A stretch of DNA of 64,000 nucleotides, from assembly GCA_028284905.1 (NCBI GenBank), contig JANQQU010000065.1, positions 68,128 through 132,127 on the forward strand, written 5' to 3'. Below, piece after piece: positions 8,289-17,588 of this stretch; the first letter of the stretch is position 1, and each line of letters opens with the position of its first letter. Source of the stretch: Calditrichia bacterium. Its GTDB lineage: Bacteria > Calditrichota > Calditrichia > RBG-13-44-9 > J075. The notes beneath the pieces are model-generated. The model searched no databases. It was not told the DNA's origin and was given only the letters and a program-made list of their open reading frames with translations. The position numbers and the translations under genes were made by a program.

Positions 8289-10553
8289 TTAGAAATGATA
8301 AGTAGTTGATATCGATAATTGGTAATCGCTGCCCGGCATGGGATATCCGCGCAGGATTTGATATTGTACATTCGTAAAGTTCTTCAGCGCTGCCGAGGTG
8401 CTAAAGGCAAGGTTGCCGATTTCCTGCTGCCAGGTAAGCACCGCATCCCAGATTTCATAAGGGCTAAGGGGATCGGCAGTATTCGCCGGCACTGTTTGCC
8501 GCTGGCTGACTGAGCGATAGATTAGCATGCTACGTAGTGTTTTGTAATTACCGTTCAGTGAAATGTTATAGGTGTGGCGAGGAATAAAAACGATTTCCTT
8601 GCCGGCATAATTGGGTTCTTCGCTCCGATTTACCGCGTCGATAAAACTGTAATTCCCCTGAAGTTCCAGAACATTACCAAGAATCTTCTGACGAAGCTGA
8701 AGATCCCACCCCTGCTTTTCGACCTTTGCCTCGTTGCGTGGTTCCCAGGTACCATTAACGGTGCGGTGCCAGAAAATGAGATCCTGAATATTGTCGCTGT
8801 AATAATAGGCGCTTAAGACCGGCAAATAGCGCAGTCCGCTATCGAAGCGAATGCTGCTGTGCCAGGAGCGTTTCTGCTCCGGCAGTAAATCCGGGTTGCC
8901 GCGCGCCCGGGCATCCCCTTTCCAGAAAAGGCTGTTAAAATCCGGATAGCGAATTGCTTTTGCCCATCCAGCGGAAAAATTCAACCAGGAGAGATGTTTT
9001 GGCGAGAGGTTAAGAGACGCAGCCGGATAGCCTTTGCCGGCTTGCCCAAAATAAGATTCATAACCCAGTGCTGTTTTCAACTTTGCAACGCGGAAAAGCG
9101 ACTTTAACGCCGGCAAATTCATTTCCATACCAATTCCCCCGGAAATGGTATGCCTTATTTTTTCACCAATACTAAATCGTTCAAAAAGCAGGTTCTGATG
9201 ATTCAATTGTTCTTCCAGGTAGGCAATACGCCAATCCAGTTTCCAGGTGTCAGCTGGTTGCAAGCTGCCGGTCAGTTTGCCTTCATAGATGCGATTAACC
9301 TGATCGATTTTATAGCTGAGAAATGGCGAACTGGCTGCTTCATTATCATATAAAGCGGTTAATTGCTGATAGTTAAATTGCCCTTCAAGAAACAGCCGGG
9401 AAGAAATAAACCAACGATGAGCTGCCTGCAATAATTGGCTGTTACCATCTTTGAAGGCATTAAAATGATCCATCTCTTCGAAAAAGGTCGATGGCAATCC
9501 CTGCCGGCCGCTCTGTAGTTGCAGGCGCAAATGGGACTGATGATTCGTTTTCTGCAAATTAAGTTTGCTGAAAAATTTTCGACGGCGATACCAGGCGTTT
9601 CTTCTGTTGTAATCCACACTCTCATAAAGATAGGGAAAATCTTGTCGGGAATATTCCTGCTGATAGTTGATTTGCAGGGATAAATCACCGAGTGGGAGGT
9701 TAATCGCCCCGCTACCGGAAGCAGTATCAAATGCACCGTTCCCAGCTTTTACATTCGCTTTTCCTTGCTTCGGTGCGGCGGCAGTATGAAAAGAAACCAC
9801 GCCGGCAAATGCCTGGTTGCCATAGGCGGCTACATTTCCCTGGCGAACAATTTCAATCTTCTCAATTTGATCTAAAGGAATTTCGTTAAGATCGACTGTG
9901 CCGGTTTGCGGATTGTTGAGGCGCTGACCGTCGAGTAAAACCAACACCTGGCTAAAACGGCTGCCGTGGATGCTGATGCGGGATTCGCTGTTTCCACCAC
10001 CACTGCTGGCCACCTGAATCGCGCTAAACTGCTGGAGTAATTGCGCCATACCAACAGAGCGATAGCGATCAATATATTCGCTGGTAATGGTTATTCTGTC
10101 CCCTTCGTCGGTTATACCGGAAGATTTAGCAGAAACGACAACTACCGGCGTGCCATCAATCGGTCGTGGAGAAAGATCCAGTAATAATTGGGTGGGCGCA
10201 TGAATGCTAATTGATACGTTGCGAAGAATTGCAGTATCATATCCGATGAATGAGGCGAGCACGGTATAATCTCCGGGCGGAATATTCTCGATGTAGAAGC
10301 GTCCGTTCAAATCACTAACGGCGCCATGGGTGGAGTTTTCTATCCAGACGTTAACACCACTCAGCGGAAGTCTCGTCTCCACATCGTTTACAACGCCGGT
10401 AAGGCTGAGATTGCTTTGCGAAAACACCGCGTAGCCAAGAAAAAGAAGCAGCAAAATGATACGAATCAACGGAGAAACTTCCCGCTGAAAACCGGCATAC
10501 TGCGTTACGGCCTGGCTGGTTAGATTGCATCTGGTGTTATTATGAATCCGCAA
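8289..10553 (-). CDS. btuB: TonB-dependent outer-membrane receptor (BtuB-like) with an N-terminal carboxypeptidase-regulatory-like domain
   Basis: Plug and 22-strand barrel hallmarks; C-terminal ...TTYHF. Proposed TTG start at 10551-10553, preceded by AAGGAG with a 5-nt spacer. The ORF-track N-terminal extension to 10661 overlaps the riboswitch terminator and is probably not translated. An alternative TTG start at 10469 gives MIRIILLLLFLGYAVFSQS. Confidence 0.85.
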   Translation of the reverse strand: MRIHNNTRCNLTSQAVTQYAGFQREVSPLIRIILLLLFLGYAVFSQSNLSLTGVVNDVETRLPLSGVNVWIENSTHGAVSDLNGRFYIENIPPGDYTVLASFIGYDTAILRNVSISIHAPTQLLLDLSPRPIDGTPVVVVSAKSSGITDEGDRITITSEYIDRYRSVGMAQLLQQFSAIQVASSGGGNSESRISIHGSRFSQVLVLLDGQRLNNPQTGTVDLNEIPLDQIEKIEIVRQGNVAAYGNQAFAGVVSFHTAAAPKQGKANVKAGNGAFDTASGSGAINLPLGDLSLQINYQQEYSRQDFPYLYESVDYNRRNAWYRRRKFFSKLNLQKTNHQSHLRLQLQSGRQGLPSTFFEEMDHFNAFKDGNSQLLQAAHRWFISSRLFLEGQFNYQQLTALYDNEAASSPFLSYKIDQVNRIYEGKLTGSLQPADTWKLDWRIAYLEEQLNHQNLLFERFSIGEKIRHTISGGIGMEMNLPALKSLFRVAKLKTALGYESYFGQAGKGYPAASLNLSPKHLSWLNFSAGWAKAIRYPDFNSLFWKGDARARGNPDLLPEQKRSWHSSIRFDSGLRYLPVLSAYYYSDNIQDLIFWHRTVNGTWEPRNEAKVEKQGWDLQLRQKILGNVLELQGNYSFIDAVNRSEEPNYAGKEIVFIPRHTYNISLNGNYKTLRSMLIYRSVSQRQTVPANTADPLSPYEIWDAVLTWQQEIGNLAFSTSAALKNFTNVQYQILRGYPMPGSDYQLSISTTYHF

Positions 10554-10576
10554 AACGGCTCCTTTTAATTTTGGGC

Positions 10577-10613
10577 AAAAAAAAACCCAATTTTCCGGAA
10601 GGAAAATTGGGTT
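10577..10613 (-). terminator. Intrinsic terminator (riboswitch expression platform)
   Basis: Minus strand reads AACCCAATTTTCC-TTCC-GGAAAATTGGGTT followed by T9. It sits between the B12 aptamer and the btuB RBS. Confidence 0.65.
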
Positions 10614-10694
10614 TACACCTGTATAGAGGCACATAAAATCATGTACGAATACGACAGACACCCTATCTTCCCGCGAAGATAATTCTTAAGGGTC

Positions 10695-10845
10695 TTTACA
10701 CAAGCCGGTCTCCTGACTCAGGCGTCTTTCTACTCGCTCGCCTTCCCATTCCGGATTGCCGGAACAGTGGCACTTCAGAGCTTTCGTCAACCTATACAGT
10801 TGCGGGGCAGTGGCGGATTCTCACCGCGCTTCCCGAGCACTTGCG
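10695..10845 (-). ncRNA. Cobalamin (AdoCbl) riboswitch aptamer
   Basis: Minus-strand sequence contains GGGAAGCGCGGTGAGAATCCGCCACTGCCCCGCAACTGTA, then GCCACTG...GGGAAGGC, and the B12 box TGAGTCAGGAGACCGGC (plus coordinates ~10703-10719). These are the conserved cobalamin-riboswitch blocks. Confidence 0.8.
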
Positions 10846-11072
10846 TAAAAGAAATTTACCTACTTTCAACAAGCTGCAATAATGCCTGTTCGAAGTGGAT
10901 AAAATATTTCAAACTACATACTACTGATGAAGAATGTAACTCAGCGTTACAAAAAATCCAACGTTTTATCTTTTTTACTGCCTGAGGAAATAAAAATACT
11001 TAATACTGGAATCAGTGTAATATGTTTAAAAATAATGCCTTAAAAGTTTATTGTTTTTTAGTTTTTCTGTTT

Positions 11073-11438
11073 TCACGAAACGATTCTGGTAGAGAGTACC
11101 CGTTTAATCGCATTCTTTAATTCGCTGAGATCGGATGACTTAACGATGTATTCTTCTGCAGCCCAGCTCATAAAATTATCCTTATAATGCGAGTATGCAG
11201 TGTGAATAATGACGGGAATGTTTGGGTTAATTCCGAGCAACTTCCGCAAGGCATCCAGGCCATGAATATTTGGCATCATCAAATCCAGCACGACCAGGTC
11301 GGGCTTTTCGGATTGCATTTTTTCAACGGCTTCCAATCCATCCTTAGCCAAAACGACATTATAGCCCATTTCAGAAATCTCGGTTTCATAAAGCATTCTT
11401 TGGGCGGCTTCGTCTTCAACAATTAAGATTTTTTTCAT
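11073..11438 (-). CDS. Stand-alone response-regulator receiver domain protein (CheY-like)
   Basis: ILIVEDE, phospho-acceptor region DLVVLDLMMP, ...IIHTA... and the conserved Lys region, within 121 aa. Confidence 0.85.
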   Translation of the reverse strand: MKKILIVEDEAAQRMLYETEISEMGYNVVLAKDGLEAVEKMQSEKPDLVVLDLMMPNIHGLDALRKLLGINPNIPVIIHTAYSHYKDNFMSWAAEEYIVKSSDLSELKNAIKRVLSTRIVS

Positions 11439-11480
11439 AACACACCTCCATTTGGTTTGATTTTATAGTTCAAAATTTAA

Positions 11481-11515
11481 AGTTCTTTTTGCCCATTTGC
11501 CCATTTGCCCATTTA
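11481..11515. repeat. Tandem octamer repeat (GCCCATTT x4; AAATGGGC on the minus strand) in the histidine kinase - response regulator intergenic region
   Basis: gcccatttgcccatttgcccatttacccattt read directly. The same octamer recurs as an inverted pair at 16610-16656. Confidence 0.7.
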
Positions 11516-13729
11516 CCCATTTTCAACAAGTGAAACATCCACAGTATCTACGCCAACAACTTCCGGTAATAAAATATGAAATGTCGAGCCTTGACGAGAT
11601 TGCGTGGTGACGTCGATACGACCATTATGGGATTCCACAATCTGATTGACGATAGAAAGACCAAGACCGGTGCCACCGGACTTAGTGGTAAAAAATGCGC
11701 TAAAAATTTTCCCCAGCAGGCTTTTCTCGATGCCTGGACCATTATCGGTTATTTCAACGACGACATTGCCATCTTCGGATCGGGCATGAATGCGAATTTC
11801 CCCATCTGCTTTTCGGTGTTCCAATGCTTCCACGCCGTTCTTGATAACGTTTAAAAAAGCCTGGTGAAGCATTTTCTCATCACCATTTACCAGCAAAGGC
11901 TGATCCGCCAGTATTTCCACCAGGCGATGCTGGCGTTCGCGGATTGCCGGCGCCATCATTTCTAAAACTTGTCGAAGCACTTTATTGATATTGACCTGCT
12001 GCTTAACCGGTTCCGGCGGATTGGCAACATTAAGAATATTCCCGAGAATATTTTCCAGGTGGGAAACCTGCTCGCTGATAATCCGGGCATACTGCATCAC
12101 CTGGGAATTCTCAGGAATTTTCCGTTCGATCAATCTGGCAAATCCACCGATCGATACCAGTGGATTGCGGATTTCATGAGCGATTTTTGCCGACATTTCT
12201 CCAATCGTTGCCAACCGTTCAGCCCGCAATAGCTTTTCCTGATTCTCCGCCAACTGCTTGTAGGCATCCTGAGCTTCCTGAATACGATCTTCCAGCTTGC
12301 GGTATAACCGGGCGTTTTCAATTGCTGAACTGGCGTGACTGGCAAAGAGCTTTAATCCCTCAATGTCTTCCGGGGTAATTTCCCGGCGATTGATACAATT
12401 GTCCGCAATGATGACGCCCAAAGGCTCAGTTTTCGAATAAACCGGGGCGGCTACAAAAGTATCGTTCTTGAGCAGATCGATTAAGTCGCTGTCGCAGCTG
12501 TCGGCAATATTCGTTGCTGGTGATGCGATTTCTCCATCCTTAACATAGATAACACGTTTACTGTTTAAGGCCCGGGTCAAAATATGGTCTTGATGTGACA
12601 GAGGTATTTCAATTTGACTGACAATTTCATTGACTTTTTTATCTGCGCCTTCCAGGTCAATTTTGTATATCTGAATGATGTCACGCAGATAATGATAGTC
12701 CTGATTTAATTCGCTCCAGATCCTGCTAGCTTCTTCCGCATCGGATGGGCCAATAGCCAGGTGGCCTTTCAGGGTCTGTTCTTCCTTATCGAGCATTAAA
12801 ATGAATGCCCGGTTAAAGCGTAAGCCCTCTCCGGCAGTAATTGCGATCAGAATAATGCGTAAGATTTCCCGCTCTTCATAAGTGCGGTGAAGAATTTCAT
12901 TCAACTCGTTTAATTTGGAAAGCTCCAGGATTGTACGAAGTAATTCGAATTCCAGGGCTTTTCGAGCATCGATATCTTTAATGATTTCCGAAGCGCCGCT
13001 GATTTTTCCCTTTTCATCATAAATCAGGGAAGAGGAAATATCCACATACACCAGGCGCCCGTCTTTGTGGCGGCGCTGGGTTTCAAACTTCTTCAAAGCC
13101 CCTTTGTCATTCAGTTCATTACGAATATGGCTTAATTCGCCAAGGTCGAGTAGTTCTTCCGGCATAAGAATTTTGATGTGCTGCCCAATGATTTCTGCTT
13201 CCGTATAGCCGAAAATCTCCTCCGCACCTTTATTCCAATTGATAATTCGTTCTTCATTATCAAGAAAAATAATTGCATCGGTCGAGGTTTTAACGATGGC
13301 AGAGAACCGTTTCTCTTTCTCCCGTAATTTTTCCTGAATACGCTCATTATCTGTAACGTCCATGCCAATGCGAAGCGCACCTTTAACGATGTCGTCTTCC
13401 TGGTAAACAGGGAGGTTGAAAAACTCCAAATGCTGTTTACCGGTGCCGCTCCCGGCACTGGTTTTTATCTGGCGTTTTTCCGGATGTTTATGCCAGTCAT
13501 CTTCTCTGCTGGTAATACACTCAATACAATCTTCGTCGCAAGGCAAGAGCGCATTTTTACAAGGCAGTTTTTGCCCGACATGAATCTCCGGCAGCATTTC
13601 CGACATATAACGATTAAACCAGGCGACCGTATTACTGCTGTCGACCAGGTACAGGTAGATTGGGTAGTGACCGACAAAGCGGTCCAATAACCGCATGATA
13701 TCTTTCAATTCATGAATAAGCGGGTGCAT
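11513..13729 (-). CDS. Sensor histidine kinase with PAS and GAF domains
   Basis: PAS region (SAIVKTSTDAIIFLDNEERIINWNKGAEEIFGYTEAE), GAF-like middle, HisKA H-box (IAHEIRNPL) and HATPase_c (ITDNGPGI...GTGLGLSI). Confidence 0.85.
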   Translation of the reverse strand: MHPLIHELKDIMRLLDRFVGHYPIYLYLVDSSNTVAWFNRYMSEMLPEIHVGQKLPCKNALLPCDEDCIECITSREDDWHKHPEKRQIKTSAGSGTGKQHLEFFNLPVYQEDDIVKGALRIGMDVTDNERIQEKLREKEKRFSAIVKTSTDAIIFLDNEERIINWNKGAEEIFGYTEAEIIGQHIKILMPEELLDLGELSHIRNELNDKGALKKFETQRRHKDGRLVYVDISSSLIYDEKGKISGASEIIKDIDARKALEFELLRTILELSKLNELNEILHRTYEEREILRIILIAITAGEGLRFNRAFILMLDKEEQTLKGHLAIGPSDAEEASRIWSELNQDYHYLRDIIQIYKIDLEGADKKVNEIVSQIEIPLSHQDHILTRALNSKRVIYVKDGEIASPATNIADSCDSDLIDLLKNDTFVAAPVYSKTEPLGVIIADNCINRREITPEDIEGLKLFASHASSAIENARLYRKLEDRIQEAQDAYKQLAENQEKLLRAERLATIGEMSAKIAHEIRNPLVSIGGFARLIERKIPENSQVMQYARIISEQVSHLENILGNILNVANPPEPVKQQVNINKVLRQVLEMMAPAIRERQHRLVEILADQPLLVNGDEKMLHQAFLNVIKNGVEALEHRKADGEIRIHARSEDGNVVVEITDNGPGIEKSLLGKIFSAFFTTKSGGTGLGLSIVNQIVESHNGRIDVTTQSRQGSTFHILLPEVVGVDTVDVSLVENG

Positions 13730-14010
13730 AAGCTCTAATGATTAGGGTGATAATAATATTTTTTGATAATGCAAGCGTTGCACAGGTTGCGTAAATAGTA
13801 GTGATCATTCTGGATGTGCCAGATTTATATTACAAAAACAAGCGAGCTAAATCAATATAAAATACGTGCAGGAAGCGTTTTTTGTAAGTAACTTTTTTCT
13901 CAAGATAACACTAATTATAATGGGAAGATTCACTTAAATTCCGGTTGAGTCCGGGATGGCTTTACTATAAATTAGCGCACGCGAAGCGAGAACGCACGTT
14001 AGGAGTGTTA

Positions 14011-15477
14011 GTGAAACTGATTCATCGATACATAATTAAGGAGTTAACCGGACCGTTTATATTCGGTCTTTCCGTGATTATGCTGGTATTCATTCTGAAA
14101 TTTATTTTACAGCATATCGGAAAAATTCTCGGAAAAGGGCTCTCTTATACAACCATCTTTGAATTCATTTTCCTTAACCTCGCCTGGATGCTCGCCCTGG
14201 CAGTACCAATGGCAGTACTGATCGCATCTCTGATGGCATTCGGCCGCCTTTCCGCTGATAACGAGATCACCATCTTCAAATCTACCGGTATCAATCTTTA
14301 TCGTATCATTACGCCGGCAATTATCTGGAGCATTATTCTCACCATGGGGATGATTTGGTATAACGATAAAATTTTGCCGGAATTTAACCACATGGCCCGC
14401 AAGCTTTCCTATAGCATTAGCCGGAAAAAACCGACGCTGCAGATAGAAGAGGGCATTTACCTCAAGCAGGACAAATTTAATATTCTCGTAGAAAAAATCG
14501 AGCGGGCTTCCCTCGCGCAGTTTAACCGGAATACCATCATTAATTCGGACTATCCGGAGGCAAATGCCGATCGTTTAAAGCAGATAACTATTTTCGATTA
14601 CAGCAATACCAACAAACAACGAACGGTCATTGCCGACCATGGCTACATGAAGCTTGATGCGGATAACGAAATGATGGTTTTCTACTTGTTCGACGGAGAG
14701 ATCCATGAGGCGGAAACCCGCGACTATGTGGAATACCGCCGTTCCGGCTTCGGGAAATATGTGCTGAAAGTGCCTGCACCGGGCATGTCTTTGAACAAAG
14801 TTGAGGAGCTTCAGCGCGGAGATCGGGAGATGAGCATCTCCATGATGGAAGCAAAGATCGAAACATTTGAGCAACAAATTCTTCAGACAAAGAAAAACAA
14901 GCAGCAGGAACTGAGCAACTTTTTGATGAAGCCGGAGGAAGTTAAGCAATGGCTGGCAGAGGCGAAACAAGATACGCTGAAGCCGGATGTTGGCTCTCTT
15001 GCCTGGAAAAATGCCTCCACCCGGGCGTCCCGAAAAACCCAGACAAATGTTAGTAAGCTGCATTCAACCATGAATAATCAGCGCCATTTTGAGAGACAGA
15101 TTTACCGTTACGAAGTGGAAATCTACAAGAAATACAGTATTCCGTTTGCCTGTATCGTTTTTGTTCTCATTGGGGCGCCATTGGGTATTCGGGCCAAAAA
15201 AGGTTCCCTGGGCGTTGGTGCGGCATTTAGTATTGTCTTTTTTCTGGTCTACTGGGCCTGCCTCATCGGTGGAGAAGATCTGGCCGATAAACAGATTGTT
15301 GAACCGGTATTTGCCATGTGGTTTCCCAACATTGTGGTCGGCAGTCTGGGAGTGTATCTGACGTATAAAACAGTAAAAGAAACAACCTTTATTCAGTGGG
15401 ATCGTTTTGGTGGATTGCTGAAAATGTTTTCCCGGAAAACAGAGAATCCTGTTGCTGAAGAAGATGTCGAATCCTGA
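14011..15477 (+). CDS. lptF: LptF/LptG-family LPS export permease (LptF-like)
   Basis: YjgP/YjgQ-type N-terminus after a GTG start (VKLIHRYIIKELTGPFIFGL), with AGGAG 5 nt upstream. Six transmembrane segments with a large periplasmic insert. Confidence 0.75.
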   Translation: MKLIHRYIIKELTGPFIFGLSVIMLVFILKFILQHIGKILGKGLSYTTIFEFIFLNLAWMLALAVPMAVLIASLMAFGRLSADNEITIFKSTGINLYRIITPAIIWSIILTMGMIWYNDKILPEFNHMARKLSYSISRKKPTLQIEEGIYLKQDKFNILVEKIERASLAQFNRNTIINSDYPEANADRLKQITIFDYSNTNKQRTVIADHGYMKLDADNEMMVFYLFDGEIHEAETRDYVEYRRSGFGKYVLKVPAPGMSLNKVEELQRGDREMSISMMEAKIETFEQQILQTKKNKQQELSNFLMKPEEVKQWLAEAKQDTLKPDVGSLAWKNASTRASRKTQTNVSKLHSTMNNQRHFERQIYRYEVEIYKKYSIPFACIVFVLIGAPLGIRAKKGSLGVGAAFSIVFFLVYWACLIGGEDLADKQIVEPVFAMWFPNIVVGSLGVYLTYKTVKETTFIQWDRFGGLLKMFSRKTENPVAEEDVES

Positions 15478-15525
15478 CTTCCCGTCCCTAGAGAAACGTC
15501 CTAAGTTTACTATTACAGAGAATTC

Positions 15526-16608
15526 ATGAACATACTCGATCGCTATCTGATTAAAAAATTTCTTTTCGTGCTGCTTTTTGCCTCCCTGGCCTTTGTAGCG
15601 ATCTTTATCGTTGTGGATTTGATTGAACACCTCGATCGTTTTCTCGATTCAAAAGCGCCGGTGAGTCGGACGATTGTCTATTATGCCTATTACGTCCCTT
15701 ATATTGTTATCCTAACTTTACCAGTGAATATGTTGCTGAGCAGCCTCTTCTCGCTCGGGAGTATGTCGAAATACAATGAGTTGGTCGCAGCGATGTCCTC
15801 CGGTGTCAGCCTTTTTCGAATTATCCTGCCCTTGTTAGTGCTTGCTTTTTTTATCAGCATTGTCGCCGGATTGCTGGGAGAAACCCTGGTACCGGAAGCG
15901 AATCGCAGTCGCATTGATATCTATGAGCATGAGATTCGCAATCTGCCCCGCCAGCCATTGGGCATTGTGACGAAGGTGTCGGTGCAGGATCATGATGAAC
16001 GCCAGGTTAGCATCGATCAGTATAATATTCGCACCCAACGGGCTACCAAGGTAAACATTGTCTGGCGGGAAGATAATCGCATCATCGAGCGCTGGGATGC
16101 CCGTAATATGACCTGGGATACCACTCGCACCGCCTGGCTGATGAAAAATGTTACCAAGCGCCGCTTTGTAGGTAATTCGGAGAAAATCAGCCGGCAGGAT
16201 ACCGTTTGGCTGACCCAAACCCGGGTAAGTCCGGAAAGCCTGGTCGATCTCGATCGTAAACCGGAAGAGATGACTTATTTCGAGCTGAAATCGTTTATTG
16301 ATAAAATTAATGATCTCGGCACGAATCCGCGAAAATGGCTGGTCGATCTTTACTCGAAAGTGGCCTATCCCTTTGCCAGCTTTATCATCGTGCTTTTTGG
16401 AGCGCCGATGGCTTCCCAGAAACGACGCAGTGGTTATACGGTCGGATTTGCCCTCGCCCTGATGATCAGTTTTGCCTATTTCGGATTTATCCAAAGCGGC
16501 AAAGCACTGGGATATAGCGGCACGTTGGATCCCATCCTGGCTGCCTGGATTGCCAATATTATTTTCGGAATTGGGGGTTTGCTGGTAATGATTTTCAATC
16601 GAAGATGA
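15526..16608 (+). CDS. lptG: LptF/LptG-family LPS export permease (LptG-like)
   Basis: MNILDRYLIKKFLFVLLFASLAFVAIFIVVDLIEHLDRF and the YjgP/YjgQ topology. Paired with the upstream lptF. Confidence 0.75.
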   Translation: MNILDRYLIKKFLFVLLFASLAFVAIFIVVDLIEHLDRFLDSKAPVSRTIVYYAYYVPYIVILTLPVNMLLSSLFSLGSMSKYNELVAAMSSGVSLFRIILPLLVLAFFISIVAGLLGETLVPEANRSRIDIYEHEIRNLPRQPLGIVTKVSVQDHDERQVSIDQYNIRTQRATKVNIVWREDNRIIERWDARNMTWDTTRTAWLMKNVTKRRFVGNSEKISRQDTVWLTQTRVSPESLVDLDRKPEEMTYFELKSFIDKINDLGTNPRKWLVDLYSKVAYPFASFIIVLFGAPMASQKRRSGYTVGFALALMISFAYFGFIQSGKALGYSGTLDPILAAWIANIIFGIGGLLVMIFNRR

Positions 16609-16609
16609 A

Positions 16610-16656
16610 ATGGGCAAATGGGCAAAAATGCAATCTTCCCATTTGCCCATTTGCAT
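16610..16656. terminator. Bidirectional hairpin built from an inverted AAATGGGC octamer pair
   Basis: aaatgggcaaatggg...cccatttgcccattt arms separated by a ~15-nt loop, between the convergent lptG (plus) and PIN-like (minus) genes. Confidence 0.5.
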
Positions 16657-16661
16657 ATTTA

Positions 16662-17228
16662 CTAAACTCTGATTACGATGGCATTTCCCTCAAAAAGTGC
16701 AAAATCCTTGTCTGCCGTTAAAATTGCACAATCCGTTAACGATTCTGCCTGTCGATAAAGCATAAAATCTCCGAAATCTGCTTTGCTGCCATCAAAGGCA
16801 TCGAACACTGCCGGATTGTAATTTACCGCTTCCTGTGGTGCCGGAGGAAAATGCCGTTGGAAGGTTTTTCGGAAAGCACTTAGGCGCAGTTGCCAGCCTC
16901 TTTGAAAATGCGCGCTATTCTTCTTTAATGATTTAAAATTAGCAATGGAATATTTTCGGAAATGACCAGAGTTGGTCTGGATAAAAATATTGTAATAACC
17001 GACCTGCACATATTTGAAGTATTCTGCAGCAGTGAGCATTGTGGCGTGTAACTGGTAATGGGATTTCAGGCGATGCACCTGCTGAACGGTGCGGCTGTTG
17101 ACATCCGCCTTCACAAAACCAAATGGATTTTCGTAACGGATAACGATGCTGGTATCTACGAGTATCTGCCGGATCGGATAATCCGGATTCGGCCGTAATA
17201 CTCGCTTGATGCCAATCGTTTTACCCAT
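16662..17228 (-). CDS. PIN-like nuclease domain protein (putative)
   Basis: ILVDTSIVI near the N-terminus (first acidic residue of the PIN beta-1 strand) and AILTADKDFALF near the C-terminus (hhTxDxDF signature). Confidence 0.5.
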   Translation of the reverse strand: MGKTIGIKRVLRPNPDYPIRQILVDTSIVIRYENPFGFVKADVNSRTVQQVHRLKSHYQLHATMLTAAEYFKYVQVGYYNIFIQTNSGHFRKYSIANFKSLKKNSAHFQRGWQLRLSAFRKTFQRHFPPAPQEAVNYNPAVFDAFDGSKADFGDFMLYRQAESLTDCAILTADKDFALFEGNAIVIRV

Positions 17229-17588
17229 TTATACATCCGGCAAATTGTTGTTATAAAATTCTTCGGGATCTATATCGTTTCGAATGAGGTGCAGTTTGGT
17301 TTCGGCGTTTTCCAGGGCCAGGGCGAGGTCTATTTCTGCATCCTCGGAAAGATTCTGCCACTGTATACGTGCTTTAAATTCTGCGGCGGTCCACTGATTC
17401 TCGATTAGCTGCTTACCAATCGCTTCATTCAAAAATGAACTGGAAAGGTATTCGCACTCACGAAAATCCAGCATGACATCCGCATCATCCTGTAGGCATT
17501 CGCGGATTTTTTCCGTTAACTCCCGGCCTTTATCGGGGGAAAGTAATGAGGTCGTTTGTAGTAATTCGCAAACAATAATTACGGTCAA
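17229..17588 (-). CDS. DUF4325 (STAS-like) domain protein
   Basis: VMLDFRECEYLSSSFLNEAIGKQL matches the DUF4325 core (vvLDFkgVe.itsSFldEafGkL). Overlaps the upstream gene by 4 nt and abuts the downstream gene. Confidence 0.6.
   Translation of the reverse strand: MTVIIVCELLQTTSLLSPDKGRELTEKIRECLQDDADVMLDFRECEYLSSSFLNEAIGKQLIENQWTAAEFKARIQWQNLSEDAEIDLALALENAETKLHLIRNDIDPEEFYNNNLPDV

Noticed and set aside
10554-10661. N-terminal 36 codons of the ORF-track TonB receptor ORF (MSVVFVHDFMCLYTG...)
   Set aside because: This stretch is the riboswitch terminator hairpin plus T9 and the RBS. Translation is far more plausibly initiated at the TTG at 10553 behind AAGGAG.
10767-10985. 72-aa plus-strand ORF
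   Set aside because: It lies antisense across the cobalamin riboswitch aptamer. It has no RBS, and its composition follows the structured RNA.
11481-11515. Possible CRISPR array (short repeats)
   Set aside because: The units are 8 bp, contiguous and without spacers. This is not CRISPR architecture, and no cas genes occur in the window.
15835-16656. 273-aa minus-strand ORF
   Set aside because: It is entirely antisense to lptG, which has clear family features, and is most likely a shadow ORF. The same reasoning applies to other long antisense ORFs in the track, e.g. 29010-29576, 29630-30049 and 30198-30617 inside clpB, 31916-32497 inside htrA, 14575-15063 and 15064-15630 inside lptF, 45904-46452 and 47223-47672 inside the GH3 gene, and 60958-61455 inside the GT4 gene.
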